Shown here: in pieces, positions 1-12,388 of the stretch | How the letters are laid out: each line of letters opens with the position of its first letter | Position numbering within the stretch: position 1 is the first letter of the stretch | Assembly: GCF_000743755.1 (NCBI RefSeq) | Contig: NW_014569528.1 | Location: 1-64,000, forward strand | DNA length: 64,000 nt | Origin: Blastocystis sp. subtype 4 | Lineage: Eukaryota | Direction: 5' to 3' | The notes under the pieces: model-generated | The model's database searches: none | What the model was told of the DNA's origin: nothing | The model's input: only the letters and a program-made list of their open reading frames with translations | Translations under genes and position numbers: made by a program

Positions 1-103
1 GAAATCGGAAATACAACTAAGTACTCTTCATTGAAAATCAAAATCTGTTCGTTCACCACTCTGTTCAATCACCAAATGACCAGTCACTTATTCTAATATC
101 ACC

Positions 104-111
104 AACAAACA
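104..111 (-). terminator. TGTTTGTT polyadenylation element, U2AF65
   Basis: Minus strand AAT GTT T|TCCT|TGTTTGTT; in-frame T 4 nt upstream of the motif. Confidence 0.85.
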
Positions 112-115
112 AGGA

Positions 116-1644
116 AAACATTATACTGCTTATTCGCATATGCAGTTTCTGACATGAACGCTGCCCGAATAATGTGTTTGTTGAAACGCCTTCCAATCAA
201 TGCTACAACAGCTCCAGCAGCCTGCTGAATACTTGGGTACTCCACAATAACATTACCAACACCAGGATCTTCACCTCTTGGGATCACCACTGACAAAACC
301 TGTCCAAATCGTGAACACTCTGTTTCGATATCACTCTTAATATCCAAATAGTCTTCAACATTCTATTGTTTACTCTTTCCATCTTCTCTTACCTCTAAAT
401 CATCTCTTGTCACCATATTCTTCAAAACCAGAATTCGAGATGGAGGTGACTTCTGAATTTGACCTCCTGTACTCAATCCAGCCTGTTTCAATAACTTAGC
501 TGCAGCATCACGAGCCTTATTACTCTCTGCAATAAATGGAGTTTTCAAATCTGGAAGATCTAGGGTTGCTTGAACAGCAATAGCTGGATCTAACTCAACA
601 GCCTGATCGCCTGCCAAAACCATCGTAGGACCCTGCTTCACAGCTGCTGGACGTACTACCAGTGACTGATCACACACTTTTATTCCATTCATCTTCTCAC
701 ACACCACAGGTACCAAATCTGCATTCTTGTATACAACATAACCAAATCCCTTAGATTCATGGGTCTCCGGATCACGCGTTATAGTCAGGGATTTCACGGG
801 TCCGAAGGGGCTGAAGAGAAGCATAAGCTGTTCTTCTTCAATTCCCGCGGGAATATCACCAATGAAGATCTTGCAATTCTGGTCACTTCCTGCTGACATC
901 GCTTCTGCAATTGCGCTAGACCCAATCTTTGCCGTGTAGCCAACCTTTTCCATATGAAGACGAGGAGGTCGACCTTGAGGCTGAGGCACATCATCTGGAT
1001 TGAAGTCCGTCGGACGAACAACACCAATGCTGCTTCCTCTAGAACTCAATCCACACTTTAAATGCAACTCAAAAGGAATTCCATCCATTGCAAGACAGGC
1101 AGTTGCCAATTCCGGAGTTTGTAATTCAATAATCGCATAGCCTTGCTCCTTAAACGCAATGAGAGATGTAATGGGAGGTTGAGCAATTTCTTGATCTACA
1201 CACTTATTAATTGTATCTGTAAGAAAATCCTTCAATTTCTAGAAAGTTAGACAAATGCAAGAAGAACATACAATATCTTGATAGTCTTTTGGGAGATTTG
1301 TAACGAACAAACGACGGATAATTTTGGATGTAACAGATGGGTTGGACGTTCCCGGAGCATAGGCCTTCATCATTGCTCCTAGAGTACCTGCATTCGTTAA
1401 CAACTCTTCAGGAACACCTTCTGGCTTTTGATCAAAGTTGGATTTCTTCGCGCCACGACTACAAAGTGATCCAGTCAACGAAATCAAACTCATTGCTTGG
1501 ACTTGTTGAACGGCTATATGAGCGTGATCGACGTCGACTACGATGACTTTTCGATGAGTGACTATCACGACTTCTCGATCGATAACGATGACTCCGTGAA
1601 CTACGATGACGATCTCTTGAACGGGAAGAACTATGTCGAGCCAT
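116..1644 (-). CDS. U2AF2: Splicing factor U2AF large subunit (RS domain, 2 RRMs, UHM), multi-exon
   Basis: N-terminal RS-rich exon (MARHSSSRSRDRHRSS), RRLFVTNLP, KIFIGDIP...SKGFGYV RRM2, SRILVLKNMV...ETECSRFG...GRRFNKH UHM; ~30 nt introns; stop predicted from T116 + poly(A). Confidence 0.93.
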
Positions 1645-1710
1645 TATCTATTTTGTTAACTTCCAAGATCAGAAGGTACATAGTCAACCAACTAGAAATT
1701 GTGGGACAAT

Positions 1711-2843
1711 ATGGAGTATTTACCGATTTCAAATGAAGACCAAATCTGGCATAAATCCGATTTCCAGGAATCGGACAGATTTCTTCTGACAATGACTACG
1801 AAGCACTCATTACTTCTTGTATGCTCTCGAAGGAAAGTAAACTCTACTATATTCGCCAATGTATTTGGATTTGTGTCTTAGGAATTGTGGGCATTGTATG
1901 TGAATTCGTCCCATCGCATCCCACTCCATTCATTGAAGGTGATTATTCTATTTCTCACTCATGTGGAAATACCATCAGGTGCGTTCCTCCTTTCTTTATG
2001 ATTATAGTACTGTTTCTGCATTCCTCTATTACTTTGTTGTCATTTTCGTAAGTGTTGGAATGGTCCTCGTTCTCTCAAGTGTTCAAGATTGGAAAAAGGT
2101 CGTTTATATCTGTAGATTCTTAGAATAGATGGCATTTCACGCCCTTCTACTCTGTTTGCGAATTATGGCAAACTGTTTTGGATACATCAATGTACTCAAA
2201 CTCTTTACTGGGCGACCAAGACCCTGTTTCTTTGACATGTGTGGCTATCCTAAGAGTTCTAAAATTCCTTTCCTGTATGGTACTCCTGGTATGCAGGGAG
2301 ATATTACTAAGTGTACAGCCAATGTGGACCCATAATTAAAATATGACATATAGGTATATGCAATTCACGATGCTATGCGATCTTTTCCTTCGGGTCATGC
2401 TTCTATCTCAGGCTCAGCATTCATGATATTTTTAATATTTTCGAAGGTTATTCAGCGGCACTATTTAAAGCAATCGAGACGATTCTCCTCTGTCATCAAA
2501 ATAGTTCAGTTAGTGCTTTCAATATCTTCTATTGCAATTTCAGCAACACGTATCGTAGTTGTTGTTATGATTTGTCAGTTAGTTTGATTATCGTCATTTT
2601 GCATCTGATACTGTTGCTGGCTATCTACTTGGGCTGTATATTACTCTTGCAACAAATAACCAAGTTCAATTGTCGTATCTACTGTCGTTGAAACGACCAT
2701 CCAATGTTTCCTCAACTTCTTATGATGAGATGATTGAAGATGAAGTTAGGAATTCTGGAGTGATTCGTTTACATATGTTTCAGCCAAAGCGATTTGACCT
2801 GACCCAATCGAACCAGAATGACATGAAAGTGATCATTAAATAA
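1711..2843 (+). CDS. PAP2-family lipid phosphate phosphatase, multi-exon
   Basis: Motifs C1 KLFTGRPRP, C2 SFPSGHAS, C3 ATRI..DYRHFASDTVAG; hydrophobic segments; TAA 2841-2843. Confidence 0.85.
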
Positions 2844-3378
2844 AGTCTCTTTATTCTTATCTTGGTTTTTGAGATTCGTGTTCAGGAATATGTTAGTCTC
2901 TCTCTTGTTTATTCATTAAGTAACTTGTGTCTTCAATGTTGGTACAGGATTCACTTCCAGTGTCTGTGACAACCTCGTTTACAGTCTACTAACCTTGTGG
3001 ACTCTTTTTAAGGATCAATCTATTTCCTTTTATTCAGAGCACGGACTGGTATTATAACAAACAAAAATCTCACTAACACCTTTACTGCACTCAAAATACT
3101 TCTATAACACAGTTATATCTTGCCATTCACCAATAAGAAAACAAAAACATCCCATTCAAGATGGATGACAGGACAGTTCATTCTTCGAGTTACGAGGACC
3201 GCTTTCTCAGAAGGATGCAAGAAACCAGTGATACATAACTCGGTAACAACTACAGACCCAAAACCTACCAATTCAACAAAATAATGGTCTTGCAAAACAA
3301 GGACCTTAATTGTATTGGGTCAGTTTTATATCTGAATGACCCCTATTTGTTATAACAAACAATGGAGAGAAGTCACAC

Positions 3379-5161
3379 TTATTTTCTTCTGGAGAAGGAC
3401 TTGATCTAAAGAATAATACAAAATGGGAAAAAGGACCTTCTGATACAAGATACCTCCAAAGATAATAACCACAACCGTTATGATGATGGCAACCACAATA
3501 ATAACAACAGTGACGATCACCTGCTTCCAGTCTATGGATCATCCAATAATTTCATCCTCACTTCGGTCAATACACTTGTTCTTTGTACAGTACAATCCAC
3601 TTACACAATCAGATTGGGTATTGCATTTCTTAAGAAGACTACAGCCATTCAAACAACTGCCTCCACAATCAGAATCCGTCTCATCAGCATCTTGAGTTCC
3701 ATCATAACATGACCATGGATCCGAATTCGTTTGCGCAAATGTATGAGTAACTTCTGCTTTCGTTACTGTTAGATATTTTCCCTTCATTCCCTGTTTGATG
3801 TCATTATCAGCGATCATCTCATTTATCCGTTTTGTAACAAGTTCAAGCATATCTGGAGCTGTTACTACAGTGACCTAAAGTTAACTGAGTCAAAAGGCCG
3901 TACATGAACCGAAATGACCTGAGGTTCATTTTCTAGCAACTGTTTTCGGTCTATCAATGAGGAGTAAACAGAAGAACAACTATGTCTCCCAACAAGAGCA
4001 TTATGAGAAAGAGACTGCAGCGAAGTCTCCAAATAATTCCACAACCGGATCTGAACAAGCGTAGGAGAAATTGAAAGACGATCAGCAATGACTAGAATGA
4101 TAGGATACAATCAGAAATACTTTCACGAAGAGAGAGTTTCCAAAAGTCTTCCAATTTGGCTTGAGCTTTGAATGTGCCCCACATCTGGATCTTCACATGA
4201 ATAAGCTGATGTGTGTCATTGGAATGATTCAATTCTTCTTCCAGGATTGTACCACAATTGGATGATGTGTATGGTTCTGTACAAATACACTGTTTCTGCT
4301 TACAGTAACCATGATAACTGCAAGGAAGTAACTGGAGGTCAGAGGAAGAGGAAGAGATCCCCCAGCCACTCTCACATATTGTCCCATCACTTTTCTGATC
4401 GTAGTCGATTTCAGTTGTTTCTCCACGGGTTGTGAGTGTGAGTAAACACTCATCTGCATCATTATTCATGAGCACTCCATTAGATTCCTTTCCTGCGAAA
4501 TACACAGTGTACTTTGTTTCAGGTGTCAAATTGGAAAGGATAAATAAATGTGAGGTTGATGCCGATTCTGACTGCAGTTGACCTTGCGACATAATAACCA
4601 GAGCGGAAGGACGGATCGAAGTAGCAGATGTAGAATATAATCCCCATAAGAGAACAGGTTTGGTAGTAGTGATGCTAATCGATGCAGTTGTTGTTGAAAG
4701 TGATGTCACTCGGGAAGTGATAATGGAGGCTCCAACATAGCTGAACTCCATGATGGGTGGATTAATAAGAGTTGAGCCAGAGGAGGAAGTGATAGTTTTG
4801 GATAGGGTGACAGAGAGAAATCCAGGAGATGTGGGAAGAAGAAACACCTTGAACGAAGTGTCAGACTCTTGAAGCAGCTCTTGAACCTGTGCATTCACCG
4901 TCTACTTAAGAATCAAGGAATGAAACATACCACACATTGGGAAGAATCAAACTGGGAAACCGATGAAGAGAAGTGAATGCTTACCGTTATAGGAAGATTC
5001 ACAACGTCATAGTTCTGATCGGACTGCATGGTAGCAGTCAATGTATCTATGATAATAGAGTATACAGATATCAAACCCTGAACTATAAACCGATGAGATC
5101 CTCGCATTCTAGGTGAAGCATTGGTAATGCAAAACAGAAGCAGTAGAATTCCGAATTTCAT
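3379..5161 (-). CDS. Type I membrane/surface protein (signal peptide, Ig/FN3-like, EGF-like, Cys-rich DCGG module, TM)
   Basis: MKFGILLLLFCITNAS signal; LSNLTPETKYTVYFAG FN3-like; CSYHGYCKQKQCICTEPYTSSNC EGF; TM VIVTVVIIVVAIIITVVVIIFGG; tail IKSFSRRK* after intron; TGTTTGTT at 3354-3361. Confidence 0.7.
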
Positions 5162-5260
5162 ATGAAGAAGATTGATCCAGTTGTAGATTTCTTTCCATAA
5201 CACCAAATAGATCCCCGGGATTCAAGGGATATAAAAACGAAGTGGAATGGGAGTTTAAAC

Positions 5261-6830
5261 ATGGGAGAATCAAATACCACTCAATACAGACTTGATCACA
5301 ATCATGTCTCCTCGTGTGAAAAAACCCAGTGATAAACGAGAACGAATCTTTCCACTTGTAGAGAATTGAAGAAAGTTGATAATTCCTAGGGAGGACGCAC
5401 GATTCTGACGTATGATCAAGAAAAGAGTGAATAGCTATTAGAGATGGAGAATTTATCACCGAAGAGGAAATTATGAAGAAATTAAAAGCAAAAGAGAGGA
5501 GAAAGCTACTTGGTTTGGATTCAGAGAGTTCTGAAGAGTGTAGGAATAGTACTTGGAATCTATAATGAAGATTGATTGTAATACATATCTGATTAGTAGG
5601 GAAGATCCAAGTAAAGTGTATCGTCGAACTATTGTCACTTATAAGAAGCGACATACAATTAGTTTTCTTTCTTAATGGAAGTTGATCATAGAGGAATGTC
5701 GAAATAGCTTCATTCTTGGGATGATGAGCAGTTCTCCTTCTATCAAGTGACTGTCTTGTATTTGCAGTAATGGTATAGAAGTGAGGCTCTTGCTTTATGG
5801 CTTGTCGATAATTGTGGCTTTTCAATAGGAGTAGAATTGATACATGATGACCATTATAGTCTGTAGTCAATGCTATTCCTACCATAAACCTCTCCAAGAT
5901 TCCTAAAGATGGATTAACCCTGAATCAAGAGACTCATACTGCAACCTTCATAAATGGTGCAAGACAGTCGACGATTCATGTGCTAACATGCAAACCCTAT
6001 AATACTCTAGTTAGCTCTCTTTGGTGACATGGGAATGAAAGTTTTTGAAACCTTGAAAATAGTTCAGGGTGACTATGATTGTCATACACTCTTTCATCCA
6101 TATCCAAAGGCCTATCCTGATTTTGATCATTACTGTTTTTCGATTGAATTCCGCCGGGATTGTGCTGGAGAACGACTACTGTTTTTATTAAATCGAAATT
6201 CTGAAGAATTGTGGGAGTCTTTGTTACTTTTGATTGTAGAGACTTTTCAAATGAAACTACTCTCATTCGTCATTTATGCAGTGTGTTTACGAATATGAAT
6301 GAATACATTCATGGGTTTTCAGAGTCGTTTGTGTTTTGTCCTGAACGATTCTCTCTTACTACAAGTACACTCCATACTCTGCATTTAGATTTGAAGCAGA
6401 TGTTTGAAGATTATGCTTATTACAAAATCCAATATTTGAAAGCAAAGAAAGGAAAAGCGCTGAATTTGCGAGTAAGCAATGTAATTCGAAAGGAATCTCA
6501 GCGGTTTTTGACAAAAGAATATCCGGTAGAAGAGGTCTTGATAGGAATTGGTGATCATAAGTAGTTGAAGTGGATGTACAAATTATCGAAGAAACGATAC
6601 TTGGAAACGAAAGAAATGATTGAAAAGAAGAAATATTTGTGTCTTGTTCGAGATTTCAGAGTGATTCATTTATAGGCGTTACTTCTTCGCGATGAAAAGA
6701 TAAAGAAGATAGTTCAGTGGACACGACCTCATGTTTTTCGTAACTGGCTGAAAGAACATAGAGTTGTGGTAGATGTCTATTTCATTGGTTATTTGATTCT
6801 TTATTAATAGGAAAGGGATTGTATAATAAA
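5261..6830 (+). CDS. Hypothetical protein, multi-exon (boundaries approximate)
   Basis: Chain of coding-like segments (EFITEEEIMKKLKAKERRK; ORFs 6029-6298 and 6211-6564) separated by intron-sized gaps; no family recognised. Confidence 0.4.
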
Positions 6831-6955
6831 TATCTAACAAGAAACAGATGAAACCTAATGAAGCGAACAGATTTCACTTTAAAAACTGGAAATGAATTCA
6901 ACTATCCACCTAATCCTCATTCGTCTTGATAACTCTTACACTGATCATGGATTAA

Positions 6956-8454
6956 TCAATAACTATCATCCTCAGTCACATTAATGCGTTCAGCCACAAT
7001 TGTTTGATTCAGTTGAGGTCTCCGATGAAGCAAACCAACACGTTCAATATCATCTAGATCGTAACTAGTGATGAGTCTCTATTTGTATTAGCTACATTGT
7101 CGCTCGTCGCCTTTTCGCTTTAATCATCGAAAATAGGAGAACAAAGATAAAAATAGATAAAGATGCAATGATGATGTCAATGAAAATGGTCAAGATTGAA
7201 ACACGAGAAGACTTGGCTTGGATTGTTGTGATTTCAGTTCGAGCAATATCTAAATCTGATTCATCATTGAATACTTACCTTTTTTCTCTGTAATGATGGC
7301 ACACTGCACGAAATACCTCTTCAGAGGATTAATTCCTTCGAAAACAATGATTCGATTCAAGTCGGAACTTGTTTGAACAGAATCAATCTCTCTAGCTACA
7401 AATCACATATATCACATCAAAATTACATTGACTATCAAATAAAACGCATGTTCCAGCCACCGGAATATTACTAATGAGAGAAAACGAAATGCTTTTGTCT
7501 TTTATCACAATATTGTCAATTTCAAACGTTGTCTTCTCAGTATGAATTGGTTTCATGGTATTTAATGGTGAAGGACCAACATCACCAAATGCAGAGGTTC
7601 CATAACAATATACATCATATAATGTATCAGGAAACAAATTATTCACGGTAATAATGCCAGAATCTAGGAATGAAACACCAAATCGAAGAGAACCATAAAT
7701 AAGAGTTGCTTCACGGGAATCACGAATTGAAGAAGGGGTAAATGGTCTTCCATAAACAACCCCTTCACACCACACAGTAGTTGGATGAGAGACATTCACC
7801 ATAACACGCGCTGAAATAGGTTCTACAGATACCGGAGATATGGATAGCGATACTGTAGTATTATCTTGACGATTAGATAGATCCACAATCATCTCCACGT
7901 CTTCTTTCTCATCTTCGTCAGAAAGTTCATCAAACGCTATTGGTTGTCTCGGTTGTGTGTCTTTGGAAGTATCATACGTGTCATGCAAAATGGAAACAGA
8001 AGTACTCTGAGAATGACTCTCAAGGTTGTGATTCTGATTCAAAATTTTATCTACAATAGCATCGTTGACCTTTTGAGCAGTTTGAGGACTGCTTCCTGGT
8101 CTTTTTGTTACTTCTCCCAACAAGGATTCAATCCATTTTTCTTGGTCTTTGGCTGCCTTTTTTCGTTTCACCATTTGAGGGAGTTCAAGTTTGGTTGTTT
8201 CTGATTTCCCTTTTCTTCCCAAAGAACTCTCATCATCTACAAATTACAATACAAAAATGATATAAACGATAGTTCTTGAGGGAAGAAGACCGGGTTCCCT
8301 TAGTAAGTACACTCTCCTACCTATTAACCACTGCTTCATAAGGTACTGATCCCTCGGTCCTGTTTTCCAAACTCACTTGAAGTAAGGCTACTAACCCTCA
8401 CTTTCAGCACCAATTAGTACAGGATAACACCAGAAAGAATGATGCTTTTTTCAT
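6956..8454 (-). CDS. Type I membrane protein with FN3-like region
   Basis: Spliced signal peptide MKKASFFLVLS/LALLQVSLE (30-nt intron); ORF 7392-8222 with VNNLFPDTLYDVYCYG; hydrophobic TM near 7140-7200; ends ...VTEDDSY*. Confidence 0.6.
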
Positions 8455-8506
8455 CCAAAGAAAGGGTTCACAGATGAAAGAAATCAATATACCAAACTCA
8501 GTCTTC

Positions 8507-8514
8507 AACAAACA
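8507..8514 (-). terminator. TGTTTGTT polyadenylation element, SPT5
   Basis: GTG AAT T|TTGC|TGTTTGTT. Confidence 0.85.
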
Positions 8515-8518
8515 GCAA

Positions 8519-11211
8519 AATTCACTCCCCAAGTTCCAGAAGGATTCCATCCTCCATTTGGTTTCATTCCAGAATCTTGTCGCTGAGGCATCCTGGAAAA
8601 CTCCATTTCGGCATTATCAATTGACATACCATCTGTAGCCTTTACAATCGTACGAGGAACCGATACAGGTTGAGGTCGAGATTGGAATACAATCTTTACA
8701 TGAGTGTCTATGAATAAAACTTCCTCTCTCATGCTTACCGTTACTATCCAGAATATATCCCCGAAGTCCTTTATACCGTCCTTCAGTTACCATCACTTGA
8801 GTTCCATCTTTCAATAACTCCTTCTTATTACGACTTCCTAATTTCGTTGACGCAAAGTCCACTTGCCCAGGTCGCAAACTTTGCATCTCAACATTCTCTT
8901 TTGAGTCATATCGTTTCTTTACTTGGTTATCTGCATCCAACTCCACTTGTCGATTCCGAACCAACACAATTCCATTATTCTCGTTCACAGAAGTACATTT
9001 GATAAAGACCAGATTTCTCCACAAACGTTTCACGGTTCCACGTTTCCCCTTATAATCTCCCTCTACAATAAGCACAGCATCTCCTTCTCGCAGTTGGTTT
9101 TGTCGGACATCCATGATTACGGCAGTTTTGCTTACCATATTCCGTTTGGATCGAATCTTCTTAATGTCAAATGAACATACTTTGCCTGATTGATCGAGAA
9201 CTGTTAAGGCAGTAGGAGCCAACTGAATAATGATACCAACTTTCCCAAATGGAATCTACCGTTCATTCTTACTATACAATTGTACCACAACAAGATCATA
9301 CAGATCAAACCCTTCAACACTTACAACTCCTGTAGACACTTCAGCACTCTCAATCAGATAATTCACAAATACCTTCATTTCTTTATCTCCAAAATCACTA
9401 ATCACAATCACGTTGCCTTCTCCTTCATCGTCACACATTGCTACTACACCTGTCTCACCAGCATTTACTCCTGCCAATACTCGAACATGTGTACCTGTTG
9501 CAAACACCTTCATTAACTCTTCCTCCTTCAATAATAGCAGTTCAGATTCATCTCCCACAGTTACCCGAATCTGAACTTCTCCGTGGGAATCGTCACTTTC
9601 TTCAACAACTCCTTCTAAATGCTTTAATTCACCTGAAATCACTCGAATCCGATCACCCTTATAAAACAGTTTGATTCGACGTTTTCCACTTTCTCGACCA
9701 ACTTCCACTGGCTCCTTCCCTGTATCCTCTGTATCACCTCCTCCAAAAATATCTTCTGGAGCTAGTGTTTTTCGATCTGCAAACATTGCTTTCTCCTCAA
9801 CAGAAGGTTGAATGTCACGAAGCAGATCAGGAATTGCAAATTCCTTATATAGCATACCATCGCGGAAATACTGCCGATTATACTCAAAGAACATTCCACC
9901 TTTCAATCAAACCCATCTCCAACATCTACCTAATTTCGAGTTGTTTCTTCGTTCCACACGACCATCAGGGAATTTAGAAGGATCGAAGAACTTCTGAGTA
10001 GGACGAACCTTACTAGCACTGTAACTCCCTCCATTGAATTCACTAAGATCAAGACGAGGAACAAGACGAAGAACCACCTAGAAGGAAGGGAATAAAAGGA
10101 ATTCCAACTTTCTGATCATTTTCCATCAATCGAACCACTTGAGCGAGATCACCTTTATACAATCCCTTCTTCAATCGAACAAATGCATTCAATTGAAGAG
10201 GTCGATTCACATGCTCGACTCGATCCAGAAGCATTGTTCGGTCTTCAATGGGAATCAAATGGAATGCATTGCGATAGGCTGAGAGGAATAACGACATACC
10301 ATCGACCACGCGTCGGACCATCGTTTCGTCGTAGGACTCAATATATACAATGCTCTCTTCGCCAGTCCAGAATACAGAAAAGATATCCGTTTCGTTACGA
10401 GGGAAATTGTTCTCAAGACGACGTCCTTCATATTCCTGATATTTGTAAGTCAGAGAAAGAACAGCCTGCTGTTCAGATCCACGCTAGGATAAAAGAAAGA
10501 GAAAAATGATACTCGAACACGAACAGAGTAGATCTTCGGATCATTGATGGTTGGTAAAACACGAGTATTGTTGTATTCTGTTACAGTTGCTTGCTGAACT
10601 TCCTGACGATACAGATCAGCGGCTTCCTTTTCATCCCGTGTCTTTTCTTTCTCATGAAGTGGAATTTGAGTAATCTTCTTCTTTGTAATGGGTTTTAGTT
10701 TGGATTGCGTATCCTCTCTAACTACTAAGGATCTCAAGAAAATAAATACAGATGAGCTTTCTGCTCCAAACGATTGAGCACCATATCGTAATCATCTCGT
10801 CCTTTTCTTGTTAGATGCTTTGCATACTCCAATTCTTTCAATCGTTGCTAAATTATAAGTTGAATCAATTTAAAAAGATACCTCTTCATTAATAAACCCT
10901 TCTTCTCCTGAGGTTTCTTCCTCTTCCGAATCTTCCTCTTCGGCGAATTCATCAAACACGGCTTCAGCAGCAAACCTTCTCCTTTTGCTTTTAGTTCCAC
11001 TTGTACTGGAGCGCTTTGCACTTCGTCGCATAGGCTGATCGCTATCTTCCTCTTCGTCCTCATCCTCATCCTCTTCATCCTCATCCTCCTCGTCTTCTAG
11101 TCTATCGTCCTCTTCGTCTAGATTGTCCATATCACGTTCCTCCTCCTCGTCACTCAGATTCTCCTCATCACCTGACAGTGCCTGTTTGGAATGATCCTCT
11201 TGATCGGACAT
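8519..11211 (-). CDS. SPT5: Transcription elongation factor SPT5 (acidic N-terminus, NGN, KOW domains)
   Basis: Acidic N-terminus, LPTINDPKIY, VRLKKGLYKGDLAQV KOW1, FYKGDRIRVISGELKHLEG, GTHVRVLAGVNAGETG, VTEGRYKGLRG KOWs; stop predicted from T8519 + poly(A). Confidence 0.95.
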
Positions 11212-11410
11212 GAAATCTCTTTGAATTCGAGAAATGAAAGATGATTACCGCGGTTCTTTGGGGTATTGTGTTGATTGTTGTGCGATACAAATAGTCGTGA
11301 ACTAAATGTTATTTGTTGGGAATAACTGTTATTTTCCTATATAGAGTTATTGCAAGCGAATCAAGTATAAAAGGCTAGATGAAGGAGAAAGTCGGTATTC
11401 GAGTTTTAAA

Positions 11411-12288
11411 ATGTTCTCCTTATTAATTTTGATTATTGCAGTACTTTTTCAGCCAAACTGTGATAATAGATCTTGAATTACATCAGTCCTTGCGACGGTC
11501 GAGGAGGAAATATATTTACGATTGGATACTCCAAGTTGATGGGAACGTACAATGCTACAGTTCTTCCCTGTGATGATTATTGTAGTTTTGTAATGATTAG
11601 TAACGGATCCATTCCAGTATTCACTCACTCCTTTCATCCAAACCGATAATTCCCATGCCATGGTTTCTGTACGAGTATCTTCTGTATCAAAAATCGCTTG
11701 TGTGATAGCTCCTGATGATTCAAAACCTGAAGCTCTCGAATATCCCGAATCTAAGGATACTCGGTATTACATTCGGACGAATCAAGAGTCCAAACTGATT
11801 TTCCGAGTGAACTATCTTTCTCAAGAGAAACAGCGTCTATTTTGCAACATTACAGGTCTACTGTACAGTCCTGCTCATGTTGAATTTTATAAGTCTGATT
11901 CGTTTTTAGTTGAATGTAAACTCATTTTAATAGGTCATATATGTAGATGAAACTGTGAAACTGGATGAATTACAACATGAAAAGACTTCCTTTTCCTTTT
12001 TGTATCAACCAAGTCAAATCAAACTACAATTTTCTCCTCAAAAATACTCTGAGAGTAAATACTTGGTGTTGTGTGAGTCAGGAACATTACCTGGTGCTAT
12101 CACGGATTGTAATCAAAGTCATCTGTTTTGTTCAATTGGTACTCTTCCTATGAGGGTACATGGGGAAGTATCTTTCTGGTGTGCTATATGATGAATAGAG
12201 AAGAGAACAGATTGATGTTCATTGTGGTGCATATCGTAAAGAAACTATGAATTGGATTCTGTTTCATGAAGACTTTATAGCTGGTTAA
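11411..12288 (+). CDS. Hypothetical secreted protein, multi-exon
   Basis: MFSLLILIIAVLFQP signal-like start; ORFs 11660-11950 and 11955-12191; TAA 12286-12288 followed by TGTTTGTT at 12306-12313. Confidence 0.55.
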
Positions 12289-12388
12289 CTCTCTGTCTTT
12301 TAGATTGTTTGTTCATTACTTGTATACGATATAGTATCTAGTAATATGAGACAACAAATCAATTATAATCCCTATCTTAACAAACATA

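Noticed and set aside
363..1644. Apparent frameshifts and in-frame stops suggesting pseudogenes or an alternative genetic code
   Set aside because: Breaks checked here and in other genes are resolved by ~30-nt GT-AG introns, and long exons such as RPA1 translate cleanly in the standard code
5109..5897. 262-aa minus-strand ORF
   Set aside because: No recognisable motifs and the composition of an antisense shadow of the plus-strand gene; it also overlaps the start of the surface-protein gene in another frame
11050..11170. TCC/TCA trinucleotide-like repeats
   Set aside because: They simply encode the acidic N-terminus of SPT5
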